From contig ML978137.1 in NCBI GenBank assembly GCA_010015805.1, forward strand, positions 124,001-188,000: DNA of 64,000 bases, in the 5' to 3' direction. Within the stretch, counting starts at the first letter, position 1; each line of letters begins with the position of its first letter. This document shows, one piece after another, positions 38,515-50,328 of this stretch. The position numbers and the translations under genes were made by a program. The notes beneath the pieces are model-generated. The model was not told the DNA's origin. It worked only from the letters and a program-made list of their open reading frames with translations, and ran no database searches. This DNA comes from Rhizodiscina lignyota. Its lineage: Eukaryota.

Positions 38515-39700
38515 TCAGCATTTCTCTGGTAAGGCTCCAGTTTCAGTTGCCGTCTGGCAAAGCTTCACTTCTGCCGCTCTCCTGTTGACCAATCCCGGGA
38601 GAACCCCACCCTTTGATTGGTCCCATTGCGGCAGCTGAGAGGCACAAGTGCTGTCCACGTTGTCTCCGGCATTGAGATCTTTGATGAGCGTCGAGCTTTC
38701 CATCTGAGAGCAGCCAATGTTCATCGTCCATGAGACGAGCGCAGCGTACTGGTTGGCATTCAGTGTGCATTTAGGGCAATATTGAGCAAGACATGCTCCG
38801 TAGCCCTAAGAAATGTGCATCAGCGTGCGACGAGTATCCGGCGATTAATTCAGTCCATTACCTTTAGGTCGCTCATGAGGAGCTCAGAAGCTGTTGCCTT
38901 CGTCAAGGGGAACGTGTAACCTGCTTCAGTAACCTCTGCGCAATTCGCTTTTTGGCATTTGTGGCCGTAGCCAACCGTTGGGTATCCGACTGGATCAGCA
39001 CCTATGCACTTATTAACGTAACCACCCTCGCTATAAGGGCCACAAGACATTACTTACTGACAGTAGGTACGAAGCCCTCGTATGTCTTGATCAGAGATAT
39101 GCCGGCTGCGTTGACAGTGGGAGTTCCGCAGCCTGATCCACCGCCACTACTAGAGCCCTTCGTACAACACTGGACGTTTGACGGACCCTGACAGTAGCCC
39201 GGAGCATATTCACCACCTGAGCATGCAGTCGATGTGAGTTGGCAGACCCCGCTTACCCCATTGACAGAGCACGAATCGCCAACACCGGTGGTGGAGCTGG
39301 ATGTGCAGCATTGGACGTCGGACGGGCCAGGGCAGTAGCCTGGCGTCGAGGTTCCGGAACATTTCGATGTGGGCGAGCATTTGCCGCTGCCCTTTCCTGG
39401 CACACCACATGTTCCGTATGTGCAGCACTAGAACGTCGTCAGACTTGATGATTGAAAGCCGAGCACGCAGAATACTTGAATATTCATAGGCCCAGGACAA
39501 AGACCAGCTTTATGCGATCCTTTGTTATCGCCACAAGTATTAATATCGATACACTCGCCAGTCAGACCTATTGGCGTAAGTAGAACATTTCCAATAGAGC
39601 TCATTGACCGACCGTTGTTTGTGCAGTAGCCATATTCCGGAGTAGCTGCCGCACTTAAGAGCGGTAGCACCAGAGCAAGAAGGGAGAAAACAGTCTTCAT
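38515..39700 (-). CDS. Secreted GH24 (phage-type) lysozyme with three N-terminal six-Cys repeats
   Basis: Signal peptide MKTVFSLLALVLPLLSAAA; repeats end GLCPGPMNIQCC, GYCPGPSDVQCC, GYCQGPSNVQCC. Catalytic region LIKTYEGF...ADPVGYPTVGYGH (E/D/T triad), NQYAALVSW, GLVNRRAAE. Four introns. Confidence 0.92.
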
Positions 39701-40893
39701 GATACCGCAAAGTTGTGCAAATTTGATCGATTTCTCTGGTCGCAATGTGACTCGCTCAGAAGCAGAAGAGAGTAATTTGCAGAGAGGAGTGTAAGCGACA
39801 TGGACACATTTATACTCGACCTTCACTGTAAATGATGGGAAATTGTACACGAGATCAAGGAAGCAAAATCTGCCTTTCCTCACGATATGCAATTGATCTC
39901 GTAATACGACATATGACAGGTATCTCGAGGCGATTTCGTAGTCGTCACAACCACCAAAGCATGCTTGAGCAGTCATGTCTGCCTCCTTGCATGCAGCTAT
40001 TTTCGCAACTCTGGAATCTCAACGCTCGTATTGCACGGCGAGCTACAGAATGCGGGGATATGGTTGAACAAGATAGATGAAGGACTTGGTGGCTTTTGGA
40101 GTTTGCCAATGGATGTCTGCAGTTTGGGATCCTTTCAGATCCAATTTTAGGCCAATCTGTAAGGCATCTGCCGCGACTTGCGTGGCTTGGTCGCACGAGG
40201 TTGCAGGCGGACACGGGATATTTAATTAATTGGGGGCCAAAGAGCTGAAATCGGGGAATTAAAGCTTGATTCAACGTCTCTGGGGTAGAACATGTGTGGT
40301 CGGGTAACTGTAACGGTGGAGTTGGTCGTCATGGTGTTGTGGGCTGTGTTTCTGTCCAAAAGGGGGTGAGGAGATTGGCCAGGAGAAGATATGGGCGGCT
40401 TGGCGCGGCGAATTAGCTCCTGAACGAGTAAGTGCGATATCGGCCAGCAGAAGGCTGCAAGGCTGCCAAGGCATCCTCCGAAGAACGCCCGGCCCGGCTC
40501 CCGAGCGCAAAATGTTGTGCATCAGAGGCGTCGAGTGCAAGTCATTCCCTATTCGAACTTGGTTATGGACTGTATGGACAGTAGGCAGATTCCTAATGCT
40601 GCGGTCTGAATGCCGCGATTTGATACACGTCGCCTTTGAAAACTATGTATATCTCAAACTGGCCAAGTTCATCAATGATGTAGGCTGCCGCATCTTGTTA
40701 GCCGTGGATCGTTTTCCTCCGCTTTGCTCCCCGAGATCGCGTCTGCCAAATGTGGAGCTCGACATAAGAACCGTAGAGCAAATGACCGCATTCTAAAAAA
40801 TTCTCACCTCAAAGTCAAGTGTCCTATTCAACCCGTATACTCATAGTATCTTATCAAATCCACAAAAGTCTTCTCTTTGACCAAATCTCAGCC

Positions 40894-41968
40894 ATGGCAG
40901 ACGCACCGATTTACGGATTCATTGGGATCGGCAACATGGGGTACGGGATGGCGACAAATTTGAGGGCGAAGATATCGAAATCATCCAAACTCATCGTCTG
41001 TGAACTCGATAAAGCCCGTCGCGACAAATTCATTTCAGAAGCCTCAGCGGTTGGGCCGACCGTCACTGCCGAGACGCCGAAGGAGATAGCTGAGCAGGCG
41101 TCAATTATCATCACCATGCTGCCAAATGGAGCAATTGTCAAGAGCGTCTTTACAAATCCGACCAACGGACTTCTCGCAGCTGCCAAGGGCAATACACATC
41201 GGTTCTTTCTCGAATGCTCAACTATTGAAGTCAGCATCTCGCGAGAAGTACTGGAGGCAGTCAAGAAATCTGGTCTCGGCGACTTCATTGATTCCCCAGT
41301 ATCAGGTGGCATCCCAGCTGCCGATAAAGGCACGCTCACCTTCATGGTCGGCGGCCCGAAGGAATTGTATGAAAAGGCAAAGCCTATCTTGTCAAAGATG
41401 GGTAAGGAAGAGAATATCATTTACTGCGGCGATGCCGGAGCAGGACTTGCTACCAAGCAAATTAACAACTACATGGCTTACACCGCCTACATAGCTCTCT
41501 GTGAAGGCAAGTACATCCCCCTGATGAGCCAAGTCCTTACTGACAATCGAGCGCAGGTATGAACGCTGGTGTAAAGTTTGGACTGGACCCCAAGATCCTT
41601 GCAAGTAAGGATGTCTTCTGCTTGCGGAGGTATCGTACTAACTTTTGCTGTCAGATGTGATCAATGTCAGCAGCGGCGTAAGCTGGAATTCTCTGTACAT
41701 GAACCCGGTTGCAGGCGTACAACCAGACGCGTCATCAACTAAGGGTTTCAAGCCGGGCTTTACGACTGAGCTTGCGAAAGGAGTCATCGACATGGCCGTG
41801 CAGCTGATGGATGAGGTCGGTGCGAAGCACGTACTGGCAAACGTCACGAAAGACGTTTATACAAGAGCCGTCAACAACCCAAAGTGTGCCAAACAGGAAA
41901 GCAGGAGTACCTGGCGCCTTATTGCTGAGGATGATGGAAAGGATTTAGGAAACACAGTGATCCAATGA
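40894..41968 (+). CDS. 3-hydroxyisobutyrate dehydrogenase / beta-hydroxyacid dehydrogenase family
   Basis: GFIGIGNMG, DSPVSGG, GTLTFMVGG, GAGLATK motifs. Introns 41507-41556 (GC-AG) and ~41604-41654. Confidence 0.92.
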
Positions 41969-42663
41969 TTGAGACAGTCTCAACCCGAAGCTGGAGAGGA
42001 AAATACTGTTAGAGCATACGGCAGAAAAGGTTCAGGTAGAACTTTGAGAACCTGAACTCGCATTAAGTTGGTACGATACAATATTAAGCACTTGTGATCT
42101 TTCTTCGCCTGCTCCGAGTCGAGAACTGAGTCCAAACGTCTTTGGCTGCTCTACGAAATCGGACCTGAACATGGTCATTGAAGAGCTGGTTCCGAATTTG
42201 GACAATTGCCATGAACTTACAGGATAGCGATTGCAAATTTTGAGTCGAGAAATCTCTTCCCGAAGTGGATCTTTACGGATATGCTTTGATTTCATGCAAG
42301 AAAACGGATCATGAGTGTACTACAGCTATTTTCATTGCAGTGAAAGTGCGTCAGCAGCAATTTTAGTTCAACAAGAGAGATTCGCCCTGGGTTTGGGGTA
42401 CTTCTCCGAAGTTTGGATTTATCTGGCTTGATGCATAGGGTCCTGAATGTATACAAGCTTTTGAGGAAGAGCCAGTGTAAAGTCAGTTGAAGCAGAAACT
42501 CGCAGAAAGAATTCAAGAACGCCCATGCCCAGATCCCGGAGTACCTCGCCTAACACCACCGTCATGACAGCCTTGATAAACAGGAGCTCTTTGAAAATTG
42601 CGCCCGGGTTTGGTATTCTCTGTCGCCCCATCTCGCGCCTTGAGCCTCTCTACATGACCTTCT

Positions 42664-43500
42664 TCAGTCTTTGTTACTCTGAAGTTGCTTCCAGCACTTG
42701 ACCGCCATCTTCGCCACTTTGCGATGTCTTTCTTCCGGAGAAGCGTTTCCAGACTCGTTCGGTACCGTCAAATGCATGCCTGGAATCTTCGGAATGTTTC
42801 GGCCCTCAGCTGCCCACTCTGCTACTATGTCAATCAGCTCGATCGGCAGCTTGTCCTCCAGGCCAGCGCGAATGTCTTCCCTTCTAATAGCATCTTGATA
42901 CTCCTGAAGGAACACGATGCAGCGGGCTGCCAGAACTTCACGCAGATGGCAGCTGAGCAGCAAGTCCATGAGCACTTTTCGCAGCGAGCTTTCGATCGGG
43001 TCGGAGGTCGCCGGGGAGGATATATGTTTTTCGATTCCTTCGCGTGACTCTTTGCGCTCAGCGTCCACTCTATACGTCTCTTTGACAGTATTGAGCATCT
43101 CTTGAACATCCCAACCATCGTCCTTTTGTCTCCACGCGTTCTGGCCAGCCTCGATCAGGGAGTCGTCGAGATCTAATAGCGCCGTGAGAGAGATAGTAGA
43201 GAAGCCAACGATTGAAATGTTCGCGGCCATGAGTGCAAACCACCATTTGAAGACGACCGATGGTTTCACCAGGTGAGCCAAACCCTCTATCGTGGATTTT
43301 GTAGCATTGAAGGTCCGTTGCCGCTTTTCATCTTTAAGCTTGAAGTGTTCGGTGCTCGGTAAGAGTTGGGTATGTCCTGCATCGATATTCTCGTTCTGAT
43401 CGGGGCTTTTCTCGTTGTAGGCTTCACGAATAAGGTCGTACAGCCTCGACTCAAGCGCATCAGCCGTAGGCTTACCGTTAACGATCGCGGTGGGTGCCAT
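42664..43500 (-). CDS. Hypothetical protein (~278 aa) with C-terminal LPxELxDxV motif
   Basis: Intact ORF from MAPTAIV; its C-terminal half resembles the 46486-46836 ORF. Confidence 0.65.
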   Translation of the reverse strand: MAPTAIVNGKPTADALESRLYDLIREAYNEKSPDQNENIDAGHTQLLPSTEHFKLKDEKRQRTFNATKSTIEGLAHLVKPSVVFKWWFALMAANISIVGFSTISLTALLDLDDSLIEAGQNAWRQKDDGWDVQEMLNTVKETYRVDAERKESREGIEKHISSPATSDPIESSLRKVLMDLLLSCHLREVLAARCIVFLQEYQDAIRREDIRAGLEDKLPIELIDIVAEWAAEGRNIPKIPGMHLTVPNESGNASPEERHRKVAKMAVKCWKQLQSNKD

Positions 43501-44660
43501 GCTTCGGATTCGATAGTTCAACGCGTGAAACAATCAGTAAGTGGCTGATTGTCGCGTTATCCCGCAAGTTTTGTCGGAGCGTGAAGTGGAAGAGTGCGAA
43601 ATGGCGAAATTAAAGAGTATATAGGCTTGAATGTGTTTGCCTGATATTCTCGAAGAGCAATACAGAGAGAGAATGATGCAGAGATACTTACACCGAATTA
43701 AGTTTCCAGGGTGACAGGGTCACCTCTCGGATGTACCCGAGTGTGTTTGAAATTGCAGCTTACAGAAATATTTGGTGTGACACGATTGCCACTTACCACT
43801 CACTAATATCCCATTGGAATGCCTTTGTAGGATAATATTGATCTATCCATCTCTGAAACCAGATCTGATAGTAGAGTCCATTGCCCAAATGTCATTTAAA
43901 GCTCATCAGCTATCAAAGCATCTTTGCATACGCTCAGTCTCCCGGGTGCGCGAGGGGAGCAGAACTTCATTCTTCAGGGGCTGTCCAGCTCATATATCAT
44001 CCACCCCCTTCTCGAAGAAGGTGCTGCTGCACAGAGCGCCTTGGACGAATGAATTGGGCATTGCACGATGAAGGAAGAAGTACTCCGTAGTCAGCGGTCG
44101 GCCAAGTCGGACAAGGAGCGATTACGAAAGTGGATAATCAGATCAAAATTTTCTTCTGGCATCGGTACAATTAAAGTTATCAGACCCGCACTTGCATACG
44201 AAAAAGTGGATCCACCGAAGCCCAATCACGGACGAGCCTGTGGCCTCAGCCCTTCAATCGAAACCACGACAACCAGGCCATTGGCTACGGCAATGGCTGC
44301 GGCATCTGTCCGCTCTCGCCTTGCTGTTCGTGATGACTCCTTTGACTCACCGCAGTGTCGACATCTTCTCCACAGATTTCTCGCACCGGAGCTGCCTTCA
44401 ACGCGAGGTTAAGCAGCGTGCCATTCGGCCCCCTTGAATTTCAATCCGCAATGATCAAGTTGGACGCCGGGAAGCTTAGGTCGGCTGCTTCTATGGCGCA
44501 CATGCTGTCTTATCACCGAGTCGCTTCCTTACGCCGAGTTCTCCTTGTGTCCTGCTCTGGACATCGAGGTGCCTGAGGATGGAGGATCCGGAATTCAAAA
44601 TGTGGCATGACAGCGCAAGCGTAGTATCCGACAGCTGTGACACTTTTGAATCATTTCAAC

Positions 44661-46214
44661 ATGAGTCTCGCAGTTGCTCTTTCATTCTTAAGGCCTGCCC
44701 ACATTCCTTTCCTTATTCAACCCCGTTTATCTCCATTGAAGTCGAGATTCCCTAATTTGTTTCCTTGTCTTGCCCGTATGGCCTCAACAGCAAGTCCTCG
44801 GACGAAGATTCTCGTCGTTGGCGGTTCGTATGGTGGTCTCTCAGCATCTTTGAACCTTCTGGATCTGTGTCATGGCAAGAATGCACGCTCAAGTCCTGTC
44901 AAGCCTCCAGACCAGACGGACAAACCGAAACTTCCAGTCGAGATCACCATTGTAGACGAACGTGATGGATTTTGTATGGGTTCTTTAACCAAATTGCATC
45001 AAGATTGACACACTGACTTATTCATTCGTAGTCCACACCATCGGTGCGCCTCTTGCCCTTGCTTCCGAAGAGTATGCAGCAAAAGCATGGATCAAAGCTG
45101 CAAACATCCCTGCCCTGCGCCATCCCGACATCTCATGGGTACACGGAAGCGTAACAAGCATCGATACCAGCAAGCATACAGCGAGTATTACTAGAATCGA
45201 TACTAGTGAACCTGAACAACACCGCTATGATTATCTCATCGCGGCTTCTGGCCTCAGACGTGTCTGGCCCACCGTTCCGCAATCGTTGACAAAGAAGAGC
45301 TACATCCTTGAGGCAGAAAGACACATTGACGCTGTCAAAGATGCTCACAGCGGTGTTGTGGTCGTTGGTGGCGGAGCTGTGGGCGTAGAGATGGCCGCTG
45401 AGCTTAAAGTAGCGCAGCCGCAGCTCAAGGTGACGCTCATCCACTCACGAGATAAGCTGCTCTCCAATGAGCCGCTGCCTGACGAGCTCAAAGACAAGAC
45501 CTGCGATCTCTTGAAAGAAGGAGGGGTGGAAGTGGTTCTTGGGAGGCGCGTTGTACACGTCGAACCAATCACTAAGCCAGACGGAAAGAAGTGTAATGAA
45601 CTTGAGCTTTCGGACGGCACGCGCATGCGCGCCTGCCAAATCATCAGCGCAATCTCGAAGCCTGTGCCGACAACGACGTACCTACCGTTGGAGTGTCTCA
45701 ACACAGATGGTCTTGTGAAGGTCAACAACAAGTGTGTTTCCCCGAGAATCCGGTCGACTTCATTTCCAAGGTAGCACTAAACTATGTCAGACTTCAATTC
45801 TCAGCATCCGACGCGAATCACAATTATCACTATGCAATTGGTGACATGGTCGCCCGATCCGGCATCAAGCGTTGTGGCGGTGCAATCTATGGTGCTGTAA
45901 TCGCCGCTACGAATGTTTACCAGCAGATGTTGAACGAACAAGATCCTGAAGGGAGAGCACCAAAATTCGAGGAGATGCCAGAGGCCCCTCCGATGATTGC
46001 ATTGGCTGTTGGCAAGAAAGCAATAGCATATCACCCAGCAGAAGGAGTCAAGTATGGAGCTGATGTGATGCAACATTTCTTCCAGGATGATTTGGCACTG
46101 ATTTGTGAGATGTACATGATACCTAAAGACGTGAATGCGCTGACTCCAACTGCAGGGTTTTGTACGCAATTGGATCTTGGAATCAAGCCGAGTGAGACGG
46201 CGGAGGTGAAATGA
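44661..46214 (+). CDS. AIF/AMID (AIFM2/FSP1)-like pyridine nucleotide-disulfide oxidoreductase
   Basis: ILVVGGSYGG, TIVDERDGF, YDYLIAASG, VVVVGGGAVGVEMAAE, YAIGD motifs; three introns; alternative start at ATG 44778. Confidence 0.9.
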
Positions 46215-46485
46215 ATGATACAGACAGTGCGCGGGGGTTGCTTTTTTCCCTTTCCATGTTTATTAGCTCTGAGTAACTAAGATATTCCTTAATTTGTAAG
46301 TTAGCAAATTCACTTCCGTTACATTTCTGCGTTGGACTCTCCAGGTGAGATCTGAAATCCTTGGGTGATGCTTAATTCTTCCCATTTCCGCTGTCCTGTT
46401 GCTCTTAAGCAAGGAACATGAAGCAGAACCCTATTGCAAAGGTTCGTCTTTACCAAAGTGCACCACGGAGCTCACAGTTATATGA

Positions 46486-47224
46486 CTACAAATCCTGCAA
46501 CAATTTCCAGCATTGGACGGCTACATCCAGTGCCGCTCGTCGCTTTTCATATTTTCCTAGAAAGCGTTCAGCACTATCCACCGTTACCTGCTCTCCTAGG
46601 ATACTGGGTATAGCAGGTCCACGTCCCTCGAGGGCAAAACCGACAACCGTATCAAACAGCTCATTGGGTAGTTGACCAACTCGCGTCTGTCTCAAAGCCC
46701 CCTGGATGCTGACATTGCGACAATCTTGCAGGAAGATATGGGCGCGTGCAAACAGTGTATACCGGCATCGTTCGGCTGAGGAGGGGAAAGTCGTGTTCGG
46801 GACTATCAATTCTTCGGTGCGTTCGAGCAAACGCATCTGGCTTGGGGAAGACTACTGTCGTGTCGGAGATCGTACGCTGTTTAAGTGTGTACACGAGTTC
46901 GAATACGGTCGACCACGTGAGGCTGCTCGAGTCCGCAAAGCCATCAACAAGATGTGGGATAGCGGAGATGCAGGTCGGTCTAATCGGCGGAACATCTATT
47001 AAGCAAACTCGCGCTTCTCATCAAGGTGAATATGAAGTTTAGTCGCTGAGTGTATTCACTCGGTCTGAAATGCGTTTCAGCCACGAGAGCTTCAGCTGTT
47101 TCGGAAATGAGGCAGGAACTGTATCGAGATTGGATTGGTATTCTGCGCGCATAAGCCAGAACTCAAGGGTACCCCCGATTGGCGTTGCTGCTTCTACGCT
47201 GTCCTTTGGTGTTCGAGTAGCCAT
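46486..47224 (-). pseudogene. Disrupted paralog of the 42664-43500 gene
   Basis: The 5' part MATRTPKD... stops at 47039. The 3' part, in another frame, shares LxARxxxFLQ, LPxELxDxV, AxEGR, IP and AVxCWKxLQ with the 42664 ORF. Confidence 0.6.
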
Positions 47225-47427
47225 GGCAGAGTGACGCTTGGAGCAGTCGATGTAATCAATCAAATTGGTGAAACCGTGGAAAATAATAGACTTGATATTA
47301 CAGTATGAATTGTTTATGTTGTAATCGGAAGGTATAAAACGCCTATTGATCATCTCTTATTGCCGTAACTATGAGAAGAACATGAAGAGGCTTTGACATA
47401 CCAGAACTAAGATAATACAGAGAAGCC

Positions 47428-49701
47428 CTAAACAATGCAGACTGGTATAAACCCTTCTCGGAATTCTTCAGTCATCAGCTCCCCATGCATGGCTCCAAAA
47501 GTGTAACATTCCCCAATAAAAGAAAATGTTCCCCCTATTTCATTCTCACGAAGAATGTAAGGAACTCGACCATGTTCCAATAACCAGACCGAGTCTCCCT
47601 GCTGTATGTCTACGTTCCCAATTCCGGCGAGGTACTGCCCTGATTCCTTCATAGTGCCAGTAAATATCTGTCGATATACTGTGCTCGCTTTGAGATGAGC
47701 GACGCTCTTAGCCTCTCTGACTAGGTGAGCCAGTGTTGTGAGTGGATCATTCTCTGTTGTAGATTTACTGGTCGATATCAGAAGCCACATCAAATACGAA
47801 AGCACGATGAAACGTAAATGTTTCTCATTGGTGAGGAGTTTTTCGGAAAGCTTCGATAGTAGCAGAGTTTGCGTGGGGTCCATTGGAGTTGTCTTAGCAA
47901 GAAAGTGTGATGCTAAGAGCAGCTCATCGAGGTTTTTAGATGCCCATTCCGGATCGTACATCTCCGAAAGATAATCTCTCATATTCACTCGCCAAGACTC
48001 ATTCATGACATGAAGCGCATAAAGAGATGAAACAGCTAAACAATCACCCACTACACCTATGCTGCGACCTCGAACTTTCAGTTTTGTCCCTTCAATCTGT
48101 ATTGGAGGAGCACTATAGCTTCCGATTAGGGTAGCATCGTAACTACCAAGAGTACCCGCGTAAAGAATTGTCGACGTCGGCAGAGCAACCGAGAAGTCAG
48201 GTACCCATGAAGGCAGTCGCGCATTTCGTTGCGTGTTTTGGAATTCGACGTGCGAGAGTAAACGAAGATCTGGCATATTCTTCAGGATGTAAGCTGCGGC
48301 GGCAGTGAATATTTCTGTTGTTGACGCGGAATGAATCTTCACCTTCCAGATTCTCCCTTTAAAGTCGGAGTAACGACTGATTATTCCAAGTATTGAAAAT
48401 ACTCGGTCCGCATCGAGGGTTGTCTCTCTAGCGCGGGTCCATTCAAGATATTCGAGCATTGTAAGAAGCAGCCACTGGTTGTGTCTCCGGTCCCCGTAGT
48501 GGATTGAAATATTCAGAAAGATCTTTGCCGTTGATATAAGCATGGTGTCTGAATTCCGGTGCAACGTCCCACCGGAAATCAAACAGTTGCAAGGCTGGCT
48601 CAGCTTCAAAGGTGGACTCCAGGGAAGATTGTAGCCGATTTATCCACGGTCTGAGAAAGTTAAGGCCATGAAGCTTGGTTCCATAACTCTACTCCCGCAC
48701 ATAACGACAATCCGTTCGGCCAGACAGAACTCCTGGCCTACCCAACATCTTCTGAACCATCGATTATGTTGAATGAATTTCATATATTCCTGCCAGATCA
48801 ATTGCCACCCGCTTTCGGACGGACTTGGGAAACCCAAATCACTCCAAAATTTTGAATCTGTTGGCTCAATGTCCTGGAACCGATCCAGATACTTCTCCAA
48901 GTTCTCGTCCTCGGACTTGCGCCTCACGAGCGTCGGTAGGATGACTTCTGTCATCTCGCAGAACACTGTGGATCGCAGCTGGTCACCTTTGCCTAACCAG
49001 AGGATAACCCGGCTTGCAAAGCTGTAAATGTCGCCCATAAGGTTGATCTGAGAGGCTTTCTCGGATTCATCTTTCTGATTAATGCAAATAGCATCAATCC
49101 ATATCGGCTCTTCTCCGACGTTGAACCCGTGTTCCACGTAAGTAACTAAAAAGTCGGAAAGATTCTGTTCGATTGGCACCAGACATGCATGCCTTAACAA
49201 GGCCTCTCCTACTGGAGTTCCCGAAATACGCGCGTGAAGCAGATATAAATCTAGCACCGTCTCCTGGATTACTGCAAGCTGGTAACGAACAGGAGGTGCT
49301 TCAGATTCAGCGGTAACATCAGCCTCGTCCGTTGCAGGGCCCCAAGTATAGGATAATGCCCGGTAAGGGCCGCATGTATCAAGATTGACAGTCTTCAAGG
49401 CGGCAAGAACCGTCCGACTGGTCCCACTGATCGAAAGTGGACGAAGGAGGCGAATCGACCTCCTATCGGGTAGTCGCTGGTGCAGATCTTTGTTTGATGT
49501 ATAGCGAGATAAATCCGTGTCTGAGTTTCGTCTTTTTGTCAAGTTTCCCAGTTGACTCCGGAGTGGTAGCAATCGTTTTCGTAACCAACGAGCGCTCTTA
49601 TCAGACGCTGGGACATCTGGTCTCCAAAAATCACCCTCAGCTGTTGTTATAAGAAGCTCACGACCTTCCAACATCTCCAAATCGGGTTGACGGGTTTGCA
49701 T
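47428..49701 (-). pseudogene. HET-domain (heterokaryon incompatibility, het-6-like) gene interrupted by an in-frame TAA at 48640-48642
   Basis: YRALSYTWG, IWIDAICINQ, QINLMGDIY, WFRRCWVGQE motifs; downstream DRVFSILG, LPSWVPDF, GDSVWLL..GRVPYILR, FIGECY..GAMHGE. Both ORFs are in the same frame and no convincing intron removes the stop. Confidence 0.75.
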
Positions 49702-49737
49702 GCGGTATCTCTGCGGGTGCGCTGAATGTTATATGGA

Positions 49738-50077
49738 CATTCAAGCAAGCATGGGGAAGTGCGCGTGCTTCGGCGAGGGGCTGTGCACGCCACTTTTCTA
49801 GCATAGCCTTAAGGCTATGTTCAGTCTGCGAGTCCCCAGTCCTGGAAACTCCTAAATTTCGAAGCTAGGGCTGGAACTAGACTAAATTCAGGCTCCAGCT
49901 ACAACACGCTTAATCATACTAGATCTGGAGCCTGAAATTCAGGGCTGGAAACTTTGTGACTGAACATAGCCAGTAGTTAGGGCCAGCGCTTTCAAAAGTT
50001 AGAGATAGAAGCTATCATTATTTCTATTAGAGACTCTCATTATTTTAAATTAATTTACACCGAAAATCAAGTTACTG
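49738..50077 (+). repeat. Direct repeat copy 1 (~175 bp of aligned sequence plus MITE insertion)
   Basis: cattcaagcaagcatgg...gcatagcctta and agcgctttcaaa...caccgaaaatcaagttactg match 54007-54181. I counted about 10 mismatches in the first 74 bp. Confidence 0.9.
49813..49971. mobile_element. 159 bp MITE with perfect 14 bp terminal inverted repeats
   Basis: GGCTATGTTCAGTC (49813-49826) / GACTGAACATAGCC (49958-49971); internal inverted repeat ttcaggctccag/ctggagcctgaa; absent from the second repeat copy (empty site near 54080). Confidence 0.85.
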
Positions 50078-50328
50078 GTTCGTATTACTATATTAGTAGA
50101 CCTAGTGGTACTTAAAGACCTATAATTCTCAGCTATACTAAGGTTAATAGATCTTAAAATTCATTTAACGACATCGTGTCAAATGAAAGTGTTAAAAGGT
50201 CATATTATAGAAGAAGCCTAAGAAAATATATACTACGTAACGACTGTAATACTAATCGATTAAGGAACGCCTTTGAAAATCAGTCTACAGCTGGACCAAA
50301 TGTCCAACCACGACCGTCTACTCTAGCC

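Noticed and set aside
42032..42631. Staggered minus-strand ORFs downstream of the 42664 gene
   Set aside because: Could be a gene relic, but no homology is recognisable and the evidence is too weak.
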